From Barthelona sp. PCE (lineage: Eukaryota), in contig JAUFOR010000004.1 in the NCBI GenBank assembly GCA_040285745.1, positions 248,001 to 312,000 on the forward strand: a stretch of 64,000 nt of DNA, given 5' to 3'. Below are positions 41,166 through 51,995 of the stretch, one piece after another. A program made the position numbers and the translations under genes. The notes beneath the pieces are model-generated. The model was given only the letters and a program-made list of their open reading frames with translations. It had not been told where the DNA came from and did not search any database. Every line of letters starts with the position of its first letter. The first letter of the stretch is position 1.

Positions 41166-42585
41166 TTTGAAAGAAGCAAACGAAATGAGAAAGAAAAACA
41201 AATCAAGGCTATAAACGATTAGATATTGTTTTGACCTGTGCCTCGGGGTGCCAATAGACAATCAACATCACATTACACCAACATAAAGACCAACACAAGA
41301 TAAGAACAAGTTTTCTTGTTTTCTACCTTTCAAGAAGCTTCATTGAACATTAAGTTTACTAAACGCTTTGTTAGGTGCTTTGTGGTCTTTTTGGGTTATG
41401 ATATTTGGGCATAGTATTTGTTCTGGGAATTTTCTTCTTTTAGAATTCTACTTGTAGGCTTGTTATTCTTTCTTACAACACAAGAGCGGTACTAATTTTC
41501 TTGTTTATGAGTGAAAATTTCTTTATAACGTTTATTAATGGTTGTTATGCGAATTTAACATTGATCTCACAAATTTTGGGGACATAGTGTTTATTACCAT
41601 TATTTTCCAGTGAATAATTACGAGTAATGTTAATTATTGTCATATGAACAATCATGCTTTAGCTTTTTGATGATCTTATTATATCATATAAGTTTTATAC
41701 ATAATGTTCATGTGAGTTATGCTTGTACTTGGAAGAAAAATGCCTTCAAATTGAATATTGAAAATAAATAAGTTTTAAAAACGCCCAAATAGTTTATAAA
41801 AATGCGAAAGAAGCAATAAAATGAAATAGGTTCATTTCTTCATTTAAGAATACTGCTGTAAAGCTTACTGAAGCTATTTGTGTAGGAGCATGTGCAGAAA
41901 TGGATCATGTTTGTGTTTTTTGTTGAAAGAACGTACTATTGGATTTAAAACGCCTTTTCATGAGGCTTCTTCACTTTTTAAGTGAGGGAGGTGCAGTTTC
42001 TCTTAATGTCTTTGAGATCTGTGTATGATTGCGAGGGTTAACTCAAATCCTAGATAACCACCAGAAACCTATGCGACGGAAGATGCACAATTTCTTTGCA
42101 TTTATCCTACTCCAGGTCTTATACTCTTATTTTATTCATAATGCTGGTCAAGAGTTATTTTTTAACAAACTCAAACAAAAACTATTTGTCTCCTTTTAAT
42201 AAACTGATTTGTATTAATAATGATTCAGAATTTAATACCTTCCACAGCACAATTTGAATCCCAAGTTCAACTCATTCTTTCTACTGTCACAAACAGAACT
42301 GTTGAATATTTGATCTGTATGGACTCTTTTTCAATGCTTTAATTTCATGATCTATCAGAGTTCATTAAGATGTTTTTCACTAATATCTCGACTTGTTTAA
42401 GGCAAAAGCGATGATACCATAATCCTGCACAATAAAATCCCGATAAAAGGAAGCGCGCCCAAGAATTGCACATTTTATGCGATTATTACAAGTCATATTC
42501 ATCAGGAATGTAGTTTTAAAAGGTGATGTGAATGTGAAAAGAGTAGTAATTGGAATCACAATTTATACCCTTTTCAAATTCATCA

Positions 42586-44330
42586 ATGAATCACTCAGCA
42601 AGGAAATCAGGAAAGGCCGCTCGTGATGATAACAGTTTGTTTCATGGTACTTTGGTATTCCACCATTTTTTGCAATGGATCAATTCAATACGTTGGAAAA
42701 CAGTGATTCTAGCATTATTCAGTGGATACTGGGTGTACGTACATCATACCGCACTTACTAACATTCAGTCAAAGCGTTATCCGCGATTTTTAATATTCTC
42801 AAGTCTACTCTTGGTCCCAGAGGTCTCGACAAAATGCTCATTAACGAGGTAGGTGACATCGAAGTGTCCAACGATGGTGCTTTTATTCTGAAATCACTTC
42901 GTCTTGTTCATCCCATTGCACAGACTATTCAGCAGACAGCTGAGCAGCAGGATTCTGCAGTTGGTGACGGAACCACCTCCGCCACTCTCGTTGCTTGTGA
43001 GCTGGTTAAGGTTGCCGGTAGGTTGCAGGAACAGGGTTTACATCCTTCCTTTATTATCAAGGGTTATAGAATGGCTTCTGAGTTAGCTGTTGCGTTTGTC
43101 AACGAGCAACTGGCTGTTAACACTACTGATCTTGGTCCCGCGGCACTCTCAAACGTTGCCCGCACAACTCTTTCTTCCAAGATTATTGGTGCTTCTCAGG
43201 CTCTCTTTTGTAACATTGTAGTCAACGCCATTGAGTCTGTCAAGATTGCTTCTGACTTCTTCGGTACTACTTACCCTATCAGAAATATCGGTATCGTCAA
43301 GATTCACGGTAAGTCCCTCACTGAGTCTGAGCTTGTCAATGGCTACTGCCTTCCCTGTGGTAAGGCCGCCGACCAGATGCCCAGCTACGTCGATGATGCA
43401 AAGATTGCGTTCCTCGACTTTGCCCTCATGAAGGCCAGATTGAAGATTGGTATTCAGGTTCTTGTCTCTGATGCCGATAAGCTTGAGGGTATCAGGCAGC
43501 GTGAAATCAACATCCTTAAGGAACGCGTTGAGATGATCCTCGCTTCTGGTGCCAACGTTATCCTCACAACCGGTGGTATTGATGAGATTGCTATGAAGTA
43601 TTTCGTCGAGTCAGGCAGCATTGCTGTTCGCCGTGTCGCCAAGCCCGATCTCCGTCGTCTTGCTAAGGCTACCGGCGGTTCTATCATCACAACTCTTGCC
43701 GATGAGATCGGAAACGAGAGTTTCGATTCTGTTCAGCTCGGTACATGTGATGAGGTTGTTTGCCGTAAGCTCGGTGATAAGGACGTAATGTTCTTCAAGG
43801 GTACCAAGCACGCCACATCCGCTTCCATTGTCCTTCGTGGTCCCAACGAGCAGACACTGGATGAAGCCCAGCGCTCAATTCACGATGCCCTATGTGCTGT
43901 CCGTCGTGCCCTCACTTCTGATCGCGTAGTTGCTGGTGGTGGATCTGTTGAATCTGCCCTCCACGTATACCTTGAGAACGAGGCTAACAAGATCAGTGGT
44001 CGTGAGCAGCTCGCTGTTCTTGCCTTTGCTGAGGCTCTCCTCACCATCCCCAAGACCCTAGCTTCTAACGCTGCTCTTGATGCTACGGAGCTTACTGCAC
44101 AACTTGTTGCCTATCAGGCCGAGGCTCAAAAGGAAGGTGCCAAGAAGGAAGTCCGCTATGCTGGCCTCGATCTTGACAACGACACCGTTACTAACAACCT
44201 TAGCCGCGGTGTTCTCGAGCCTGCTCTTGCTAAGACAAAGTACCTTGAATACGCCACGGAAGCTGCTATTACAGTTCTTCGTGTTGACACAACAGTCACA
44301 CTCCCCGCTCGTGAGGAAGCCCAGAAGTAA
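42586..44330 (+). CDS. CCT1: T-complex protein 1 subunit alpha (CCT1), two exons: 42586-42634 and 42769-44330 (536 aa)
   Basis: Spliced N-terminus MNHSARKSGKAARDDN/IKALSAIFNILKSTLGPRGLDKML; SNDGA, GDGTTS; alpha-specific GIQVLVSDADKLEGIRQRE and ANVILTTGGID. Confidence 0.95.
42635..42768 (+). other. Spliceosomal intron (134 nt, phase 1) in CCT1
   Basis: GTTTGT...TTACTAACATTCAG; removal restores the conserved CCT N-terminus in frame. Confidence 0.9.
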
Positions 44331-44393
44331 ACTAGAGTGATTTATTAAAGAATGTGTGTAATCCGAACACGTGTATTAAAATCAATAATAATA

Positions 44394-45176
44394 TCAAGTT
44401 GAAGAAGGATAAAATGGAATCGAAAATGAACTAGATTGATTGTTACTGAAAATATTAGTGGATAATTCAGCGGCAGATGTTGAAGTTTGAAAACTAAAAT
44501 TATTAACAGGTCTTAATAAGTCTTGTCCGACGATAGGTTCTGCAGTATTAATGTGATTTAATCCATTCAAATCAAAAAATCCTAAGGAATTATCATTTGT
44601 TGCGATAGTAGGAGCTGGAAGTTCTTCTTTTGGTTCAGGTTTGGGATTGTGAATCTTTGGAGATATACCTTCTGCTTCACCTTTTTTCTTCTTATTAATG
44701 AGTTGGACGCGTACTTTGCGGCCATTTAAAAGAGTATTACCATGAGTACTAATAATAGTGCTGACTAACGTTTCAGTACTATGTCCTCTTGTATCGAATT
44801 CAACAAATCCAAACCATGTGTTGTTGCGGCGTGAGTCTTTTGGTTCAACAACAGTTACTTTAATTATGTTTGCAATGAAAGGGTTCGAAAACTTCTTGAA
44901 TAACTGTTCCTCAGTAGTATCAGGTACAAGATTCCCAACAAACAGTGTGACCTTTCTTTCATTTGTCTGTTTTGCATATTGAATTGACCAAGGAACTACA
45001 CTACGATTCTCAAAGACTTGAGCACAATCTTTTGCGAATCTGAATGAGACAAAGCAAAAGTTTGACTGCTTTCTTGGATGATAGATACTAGTTAATGGAC
45101 CAAATTCAGAAAAAAAAGGTTCCAATTCTTCAAAGTCTTCAAAATTTGCTACGAATAATGTTTTGCGAGAGTTCAT
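44394..45176 (-). CDS. RNA-binding protein with two RRM domains
   Basis: RNP2 TLFVANF / TLFVGNL, RNP1 NFCFVSF / WFGFVEF; low-complexity Ser/Asn tail. Confidence 0.85.
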   Translation of the reverse strand: MNSRKTLFVANFEDFEELEPFFSEFGPLTSIYHPRKQSNFCFVSFRFAKDCAQVFENRSVVPWSIQYAKQTNERKVTLFVGNLVPDTTEEQLFKKFSNPFIANIIKVTVVEPKDSRRNNTWFGFVEFDTRGHSTETLVSTIISTHGNTLLNGRKVRVQLINKKKKGEAEGISPKIHNPKPEPKEELPAPTIATNDNSLGFFDLNGLNHINTAEPIVGQDLLRPVNNFSFQTSTSAAELSTNIFSNNQSSSFSIPFYPSST

Positions 45177-45672
45177 GTGAGTTATCAAAAAGTTTGGCAA
45201 CTGATCGATTGCGAAAGTGGTTTCTAAATAAAAAACAAAATTAGATTACTGATTTGCGACAACTTCAGTTCTAGCCAGTCACAACATGTTTTATCTATTC
45301 ATTGATTTCCTTTTATGGTGAAATCTTCTCAAGATATTTCTCTTATGCAAACCTGTTCAGTGTTCTATCTAAATTTGACTTTTCTTCCAAAAATTAAGTG
45401 GCTTAATAACTTTTCTTTTCCAATTGAAGAATGCTAAAGAAATTATACAACGAATAAAAGGCGATCATTTCAAGAAATGTTTTTTATCACCATATATCAT
45501 TCAAAAGCTTTTTTGACATAATATATTAGTGACAAAATAAATTTTTCAGTCTCCACACTCCTCAGAAAGTGCATATATCAAACTGAAATATATCAAACTT
45601 GTATTAATACTTCTATCCTAATTTTGTTGGGCACCATTTGAATCCACGAGACTTAAATAGTAGGATAGTGCC

Positions 45673-46491
45673 ATGTTCGTAATATCCACAGTATCAGACT
45701 CAATCTTTGTCCACCCCAAGGATTTTAAGCAAAATTTGGAGCAATTGACAATAGATGCCATCACTTTGAACTATGTAGGCAAGGTGCTGACGGATCTTGG
45801 GCTCGTTATCGCATTAGATGCAATTAACAGTTATGAAAAGCCGAAAGTATATCCAGGAGAGGGAGGTATTCATATACAGTGTGAGTTTAGGCTCCTGTGC
45901 CATCGTCCATACGTTGGAGAGATTATAGAAGGCATGGTTACAAAGATTGATCAGCATGGAATTTGGTTTGGAACTACAATATTGCCTTCATTTTTCATTG
46001 ATTTTTCTCAGTTGCAGATGTTCAAGCCTGAATCTTTTGACACACCCACCACATTTTTGAGATTCAATGAGATAGAAAACATATACTTTCCTTCATTTTG
46101 CATTATTCCCACAATAACAGTTGTTAGAGCTCGATGTATGAGCATAGAGTACAGAGAGGATAGCCAGAGGCCGATGGTTGTTCACTGCGCAATTGATGAG
46201 GCAAACTATGGCTTTTCCTTCAACGATCAATTCTATGAAACACCTATCAACGCTATGCAGATACCTGAGCATAGGGAGGCATTTATACAGGCACACGTTG
46301 ACGCTGCAAAGGGTTTACATGAGAAAGTACACTGTGAAGACGATCCAAGGAGAAAACAACAATATTTGCAACTTGCAGCTAAAGTTGATCAGATAGTGGG
46401 TCTTGTCAAGGCAGGAAGCACCACATTGGGAGAGGATGAGATTTTTTCAGATGAAGAAGAAGAATCAGATGAAGATACTCGCTTACAATAG
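45673..46491 (+). CDS. RPC8: RNA polymerase III subunit RPC8/RPC25 (Rpb7 family)
   Basis: MFVISTVSDSIFVHPKDF, YVGKVLTDLGLVIAL, VYPGEGG, FRLLCHRPYVGEIIEG.V; C-terminal extension with acidic tail. Confidence 0.85.
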   Translation: MFVISTVSDSIFVHPKDFKQNLEQLTIDAITLNYVGKVLTDLGLVIALDAINSYEKPKVYPGEGGIHIQCEFRLLCHRPYVGEIIEGMVTKIDQHGIWFGTTILPSFFIDFSQLQMFKPESFDTPTTFLRFNEIENIYFPSFCIIPTITVVRARCMSIEYREDSQRPMVVHCAIDEANYGFSFNDQFYETPINAMQIPEHREAFIQAHVDAAKGLHEKVHCEDDPRRKQQYLQLAAKVDQIVGLVKAGSTTLGEDEIFSDEEEESDEDTRLQ

Positions 46492-46618
46492 TAAAATTAT
46501 AACAATTTATAATATTGAACACATGATACATACCCACAAGCCCCTTTTTAAAGGGATTAAATATAAAAACAATGACAAATTGTTGTTTTACGTTTTCCTT
46601 CCCTTTCAACAATTTTTA

Positions 46619-48661
46619 ATGGTGCATAAGCTTCCAAAAGACGTGGATACAGCAATTGGGTTCCTGATTCAGGATGTTTTATTCAGTTTTGTGGGTCATG
46701 CAGGACATTTTATTCTAGAAGAGGTTCACGATCCGAAAAATGCAAGCGCGTTTCGTGAACTGTACTTAGATCCGTCTTGCTATGCACATTTCGATATTCA
46801 ACCTCCATATATACGTGTTGTGAAGGACCTTCTACAAGTTGGCAATTGTTTCAAGTTTCTCGAGAGCTATGTTGCACAAAACGCATACAATACACACAAT
46901 GGCGTCATTTTCGAAGCTTTTATTCATTGTATTAAAGAATTATTTACATTTTGGGCACTAAAGGTGCAATACTATGAGAAGATCTTTAGAAATCCAACAG
47001 ATTACCCCAGTGAACAGTTCAACTTACAAACTCTAAACATTAAAGTGCAAGATTATCTTCTTTTGTTTCAAGAATTAATTAATTTGGTCAACGCTATCAA
47101 AAAGAAGAACCTTAAAGGAGGGCATCTAATTAATGAGGTTTATAAGGTAGAGAAGTTAAAGGGAGGTATCACTATTTGCCTAAAAGAATTTGTTCATATC
47201 AGAAAAACGTTGAGTCTCGTATACTTCAAAAAAGTTTTACTTCCTTGGTTATTATATGGTCGTATAGCTCGTAACGCGCAAATTGACTTCTTTATCAAAG
47301 AGAACGAGTGTGGAAAGGAACATTTTTGGGATACAAAGTTCGTAATAGAAAATACCCTCAATATCCCTTTCTTTCTCTATCCTTTCAGAGAAAGAATTCT
47401 TATCGCTGGTAAGTCTCTTTACATATGTGGTGTACTTGGCGAACGTGCGCCCGTCATTTTAGATATTGATATAGATTCCCTAATAGTTGACGCTTATCAT
47501 GCCATTGATGCTGAGTCAAATTCAGTATTCTCTGGTGGAAACTCGTTGGTTGAGTTATCACCCAACCTTGACCTATTGGATGGCGTTATTTCTAGTTGCG
47601 TACTGCAGGCAACATCATCTTTCCATTCTCAACTTTTTGATAAATATGATTTGATTGGCGTCTGTGAGGAGATGTGCGACTTCTTCCTATTGAGGAAAAG
47701 TATCAGTTTTGGTGAATTCTTCGCGCTTGCAGAGGGAGAACTTAATTGTATAATCCCAAAGCTTGACCTTCCCAAATTGCAAATGCTGTTTGAAAACACT
47801 GTTTTGCGAAAATCCAACACAATGCATCTTTCCGAGCTCAAGCTCACAATTGCATCATCCACCTTTATTGATCGCATGCTAATGCTCAATAACGAGCGCG
47901 GTATGGGTATTGACGGAGATGGGCGTGTTGAGGATCTGCTTACCATCGAATGGGAACCGCCATTCCCTCTTAATCTCTTCTTTAATCATACCTTAATGGA
48001 TAAGTATAAGATCATCTTCCGAAACCTGTTCTATATAAAGCTTCTAATGCGCTCCCTGCATCTCCTCAATGAAAGAGGCTTCAAGAAGTTCAAATACGGA
48101 GAGATGAAGAAATTCAACATGGTTTTTGTGCTACGCAGTCAAATGCTCCAGTTCCTGAACGTATACTCAAGTTATCTGTATCAGGAGGTTGTTCTGGAAG
48201 ATTATTACGGATTCATCAACTACCTAAAGAGGGTCTCTGTTAATCAAACATCAATTACATTTGATGACGTCATCCGTAAGCACAGTGAGACAATTGATTC
48301 AATGTGTAACAAGTCACTGCTCACACATAGGGAGTTGTTTACCCCTCTGATCAATCTGTTGCATTCTTGCCTCAATTTCACAGTATATTTTAGAGAACTA
48401 TTTTCACCCATTTTGCAAAAGAATGTTGGAAGTATTGATGATGCTGTCATAAGGAGGCATATTATTGAGGATCTGGAAAATGATGAGAGCTTCAGCGTAT
48501 TGTTAAAAAGAACAATTAAGACTTTGAATACCAGTGTATATATCTTCTTGGAAAGACTCACAAGTGTGACAAATAGGAAACCAAGTACTGCAGCAACGTT
48601 TGCGTCGCTGGCAAATAGAGCCAACATGAATGGCTTTTACACAAGTGGACGAGTTATGTAA
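46619..48661 (+). CDS. GCP2: Gamma-tubulin complex component 2 (Spc97/GCP2 family)
   Basis: LIQDVLFSFVG..GHFI, WLLYGRI...FFI, FWDTKF...IPFFL...RILIAGKSL, PFPLNLFF...KYKIIFRNLFYIK, terminal NMNGFY; ATG at 46619 (the ORF-track 5' extension overlaps RPC8). Confidence 0.85.
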   Translation: MVHKLPKDVDTAIGFLIQDVLFSFVGHAGHFILEEVHDPKNASAFRELYLDPSCYAHFDIQPPYIRVVKDLLQVGNCFKFLESYVAQNAYNTHNGVIFEAFIHCIKELFTFWALKVQYYEKIFRNPTDYPSEQFNLQTLNIKVQDYLLLFQELINLVNAIKKKNLKGGHLINEVYKVEKLKGGITICLKEFVHIRKTLSLVYFKKVLLPWLLYGRIARNAQIDFFIKENECGKEHFWDTKFVIENTLNIPFFLYPFRERILIAGKSLYICGVLGERAPVILDIDIDSLIVDAYHAIDAESNSVFSGGNSLVELSPNLDLLDGVISSCVLQATSSFHSQLFDKYDLIGVCEEMCDFFLLRKSISFGEFFALAEGELNCIIPKLDLPKLQMLFENTVLRKSNTMHLSELKLTIASSTFIDRMLMLNNERGMGIDGDGRVEDLLTIEWEPPFPLNLFFNHTLMDKYKIIFRNLFYIKLLMRSLHLLNERGFKKFKYGEMKKFNMVFVLRSQMLQFLNVYSSYLYQEVVLEDYYGFINYLKRVSVNQTSITFDDVIRKHSETIDSMCNKSLLTHRELFTPLINLLHSCLNFTVYFRELFSPILQKNVGSIDDAVIRRHIIEDLENDESFSVLLKRTIKTLNTSVYIFLERLTSVTNRKPSTAATFASLANRANMNGFYTSGRVM

Positions 48662-48710
48662 ATCTGATGTTTTGTTGATTTTTACCTTTTTGCTGCCTTT
48701 TTGCATTGAT

Positions 48711-50054
48711 ATGGTACTTCATTTTTTCACCAAGATAGCACATCGAGCAGAGTTAGAACACATCAAAGCAATAACTGAAGATGTGGTTGCAATGTATTAC
48801 TTTTTTCGTAGTTACATTGAAGTACAGTTGAGGCATGTAGGCTACACCCCGATGGATGATACCCTCAGGTTCGTGGAGTTTGACATTGAGGGTTTTCCAG
48901 CCATGGAACCAATGGATCTAGTGAAGACTGGTGGATCTGTGCGAAGCAAGAAACATCGTGTATTTAAACACGATGTGGACGACAGGCTCACATATCACAA
49001 CCCTGATAGTGGAGAACTGAAGGGGATAGTCGATATGTACGGCTACATCGTTAAAACGTCCAATAAGCTCAGTCTAAACACTATTTATCTCGTTCACCCA
49101 TTCAAAAGAAACTTTGAGCTTGTCCCTTTCGACAATGATACATACGGAATTGTACGTACATTGAGAACCCTATCTCATAACTCTGGAGTATTATCCAAGC
49201 TTCCTTCATTATTGAGCTCATATCTTTTACAGAGCATGTGTGGTGTCTCCGAGGTTGCAATGAACATGGACGATCTGAATTATATCAAATTAGTTGTTTT
49301 TCATGTGCTTGATAAAGAAGATTTTTTTTCTAAGAAAACTAATGATAAATCATTGTTTGATATAGATAGTATCCTTATGAAGGAGTTTAACAGGTGTGTA
49401 GAAAAGAGATTTAAGACCGGAGATAGATATACATCCAGTGCATCACCGCATACAGTTGAGCATAACATTGATGATGATGACCTTATACAAATGGTTGATC
49501 GCTGTGTTTGCACATGTGTGGATCTGGTGTACAAGGCGGCAGACGCTGCTGTCTATGCCGCAGAAATGTACTCGGAGACTGTGCCTACCTTCTACGGTGA
49601 TGGATATCTGGTGTACATCTCCAATCGATGCAATTTACTTTATCGCACGTTATGTAATCTCTCTGAATATTTGTTTGTTGACACAAGAGACCTCTGTTTT
49701 AAATTTGAAAAATCACTTACTGAGCTGGTTATTAGCTATAAGAATAATTCTTTTGATATGGAGCAGTTGAACGAGTACTTAAGGCATAACATTCGGGTGG
49801 TGGTGTGTACTGTCATCGAAAGTATCGCAATTCGTTGTAGCCTTAAAAAAGCTCAAATATTACCGAAAGTAGAGGATGTATTGAGTGAAATCCTGTCTGT
49901 TGATGAGGAAAACGATGATGAGCTGATTTCAAGTATTGATTTTGCCCAATTCATCGAGCCTTTGAGCTCTTTTGTGGTGAACTACACCTACAGCGTTGAG
50001 TATTTGCGCAGCATGTATGAAGATTTTGATGCATTATATTGCAGATTTATCTAG
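48711..50054 (+). CDS. Hypothetical protein (~447 aa)
   Basis: Long ORF; likely ATG at 48711 after a pyrimidine tract; no motif recognised. Confidence 0.65.
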   Translation: MVLHFFTKIAHRAELEHIKAITEDVVAMYYFFRSYIEVQLRHVGYTPMDDTLRFVEFDIEGFPAMEPMDLVKTGGSVRSKKHRVFKHDVDDRLTYHNPDSGELKGIVDMYGYIVKTSNKLSLNTIYLVHPFKRNFELVPFDNDTYGIVRTLRTLSHNSGVLSKLPSLLSSYLLQSMCGVSEVAMNMDDLNYIKLVVFHVLDKEDFFSKKTNDKSLFDIDSILMKEFNRCVEKRFKTGDRYTSSASPHTVEHNIDDDDLIQMVDRCVCTCVDLVYKAADAAVYAAEMYSETVPTFYGDGYLVYISNRCNLLYRTLCNLSEYLFVDTRDLCFKFEKSLTELVISYKNNSFDMEQLNEYLRHNIRVVVCTVIESIAIRCSLKKAQILPKVEDVLSEILSVDEENDDELISSIDFAQFIEPLSSFVVNYTYSVEYLRSMYEDFDALYCRFI

Positions 50055-50128
50055 TTCGCTTTTTGACATTTTATGGCTAAATGATGGAGTCCTGTTAATA
50101 AATTCTTAGTATTTTCTTGCTTTTTATT

Positions 50129-51382
50129 ATGCAACCCTTTTCTTCTGTTTCGGGACGTTTTTCACAGGGTTTTCGAGCACTTTTCACGCTGAAACCGGAT
50201 GAACTTGATCTGTATCCAGATCAGATTTATCTAGATAACATGTCAAGCACAAAATGTGACAGTAGAGTTCTTGATGAGATGTTGCCGTTTTTCTCTGAGT
50301 TCTATGGTAACCCTTCAGCAATAACGCATGCACAGGGGTGGAGAGCTGCAGACGCATTGGAGAAGGCAAGAAGTAGAGTTGCTCACCTCGTTAGCGTTGA
50401 TCCTGATGAGATTGTATTCACAAGCGGTGCGACTGAGTCGATAAACACCGCTTTAAGAGGTGTAGATCGAATTATTCAACCAATGCAGTCTATTGGTACT
50501 ACTGCCGTTGAGCACAAAGCCACAATCGAAGTTCTGAAACGCAGCCCTCATAAAACAGCATTAGCCCCCTTGGACGATGAGGGACGTGTCAAAATGGATA
50601 CTTTCCAGTCTTTTTTAGAGGATGAAAGAATTGGGCTCTTCACCACGCTATTCGTCAACAATGAAACAGGTGCTATCAACCCGTATCTGGACATTGCATC
50701 TGCCTGTCGTGATAAAGAAGCACTGCTGCACCTTGATTGCGCTCAGGCATGTGGAAAAATTCCAGTCGACTTAAGTCACAATGGTATATCTCTAGCATCA
50801 TTCTCATCACATAAAATGCACGGACCAAAAGGAATCGGTGCCCTTTACATAAAGCGCGGTCTGGACGTGGAGCCGCTTATCTACGGTGGCGGTCAAGAGA
50901 GTGGAATCCGTGGTGGAACAACACCTGTAATGTTAGCTGTTGGTTTTGGTAAGGCATGTGAAATACAAGAAGCTGAGATGGTACGAAACACAACGCACAT
51001 AGAAGGGCTCAGGAATGTGTTTATTGATGTGGTATCACGAAAACTGCCAAACGTACGTATCGTAACTGATATTCCTAATTGTGTGACGTGTATTGCTCCT
51101 GGTATCGAAGGCGAAGCAACTATCATACACATGGATAAGATTGCTGTCAGTACGGGTTCTGCTTGTACAAGCGAGAGCTTGGAAGGAAGCCACGTCATCA
51201 GTTCCATATACGGTTTGGTATCTGCACACTGTAGTGTACGTTTTGGCTTCTCAAAGTTCACGACTATGGATGAAGCCATAGAAGCAGCGGATTCTTATGC
51301 AAAATCTATAAAATATTTGGAAAAAATTACTCCCCTTGATGAAAGCTGTATGAACTCTACAGAACAAAATCATCATCACTAA
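50129..51382 (+). CDS. NFS1: Cysteine desulfurase NFS1/IscS (group I) with putative organellar presequence
   Basis: IYLDNMSST, YGNPSA..HAQGW, FTSGATES, EHKA, VNNETG, PLP Lys SSHKMHGPKGIG, GGGQE.G.RGGT, catalytic GSACTS. Confidence 0.95.
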   Translation: MQPFSSVSGRFSQGFRALFTLKPDELDLYPDQIYLDNMSSTKCDSRVLDEMLPFFSEFYGNPSAITHAQGWRAADALEKARSRVAHLVSVDPDEIVFTSGATESINTALRGVDRIIQPMQSIGTTAVEHKATIEVLKRSPHKTALAPLDDEGRVKMDTFQSFLEDERIGLFTTLFVNNETGAINPYLDIASACRDKEALLHLDCAQACGKIPVDLSHNGISLASFSSHKMHGPKGIGALYIKRGLDVEPLIYGGGQESGIRGGTTPVMLAVGFGKACEIQEAEMVRNTTHIEGLRNVFIDVVSRKLPNVRIVTDIPNCVTCIAPGIEGEATIIHMDKIAVSTGSACTSESLEGSHVISSIYGLVSAHCSVRFGFSKFTTMDEAIEAADSYAKSIKYLEKITPLDESCMNSTEQNHHH

Positions 51383-51839
51383 ACAACTCGCTCTGGTCTA
51401 TCTTCTCCTCGGCTTCCATCTCTGAGACAGTTGTTGGTTCTAAAGCCGAAGCATGTGAAGGTGAACCGTTTGTGGTGCATAAAGAAGTTTGATATTGTAC
51501 CTTGTTCATGTACCGTGCCCAGAACACCGTCTCCGACACACGCGCAGGAACTAGTTTGTATCTTAGTGTGCGAAGTCTTTTATCCAATTCAAGCATCTGT
51601 GAGAAAAATGCAAGATGTTCTGTGATGTTAAAGATGTTTTCATCATCTACAGATTCCAAAAGCGTGCCTGAAGATATATTTATGATGCGTGTCCGTAATA
51701 AAGCCCTTGAACCAGGATTTAGAGTGGTATTATTCCAAGGAAGTTGTGCTTGTGATGACTTTGACAGTTCTTCTTCGTCATATTCTGGATCTATATCGTC
51801 AGGAGGCGTCGTTAACTTTTCCCAAATGCGCTTAAACAT
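51357..51839 (-). CDS. BSD-domain protein
   Basis: MLELDKRLRTLRYKLVPARVSETVFWARY matches BSD consensus (L..DP.L...R..LVP..V.E..FW.RY). Confidence 0.85.
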   Translation of the reverse strand: MFKRIWEKLTTPPDDIDPEYDEEELSKSSQAQLPWNNTTLNPGSRALLRTRIINISSGTLLESVDDENIFNITEHLAFFSQMLELDKRLRTLRYKLVPARVSETVFWARYMNKVQYQTSLCTTNGSPSHASALEPTTVSEMEAEEKIDQSELFSDDDFVL

Positions 51840-51995
51840 TGAATGAGAGAATATTTTCGATTACAAGCAAAGGATCTTTTAAAATGTCATAATAGGCGCA
51901 CCTTGAGATTTACGCTGTGTAAATGTGTAAAAGAACCATGAGAACATAAAATCATAGTGTTTTCACTTTTCCTACTGCAAACGCACTTTGTTTAA

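Noticed and set aside
41262-42585. Long non-coding gap: short ORF fragments, a GCCTTTTCA hairpin (U5 loop-like) and a HEIKALKK kinase-like scrap
   Set aside because: No full U5 loop or Sm site, no continuing kinase motifs; cannot support an ncRNA or pseudogene
42550-42852. 100-aa ORF upstream of CCT1 as a separate gene
   Set aside because: It is CCT1 exon 1 read through the intron
45613-45672. 8-bp inverted repeat CTATCCTA/TAGGATAG before RPC8
   Set aside because: Short arms with a 40-nt spacer; plausible by chance
46403-46618. 5' extension of GCP2 overlapping RPC8; likewise 48630-48710, 18689-18820 and 41166-41261 extensions
   Set aside because: Non-ATG or non-homologous AT-rich extensions; better ATGs lie downstream after pyrimidine tracts
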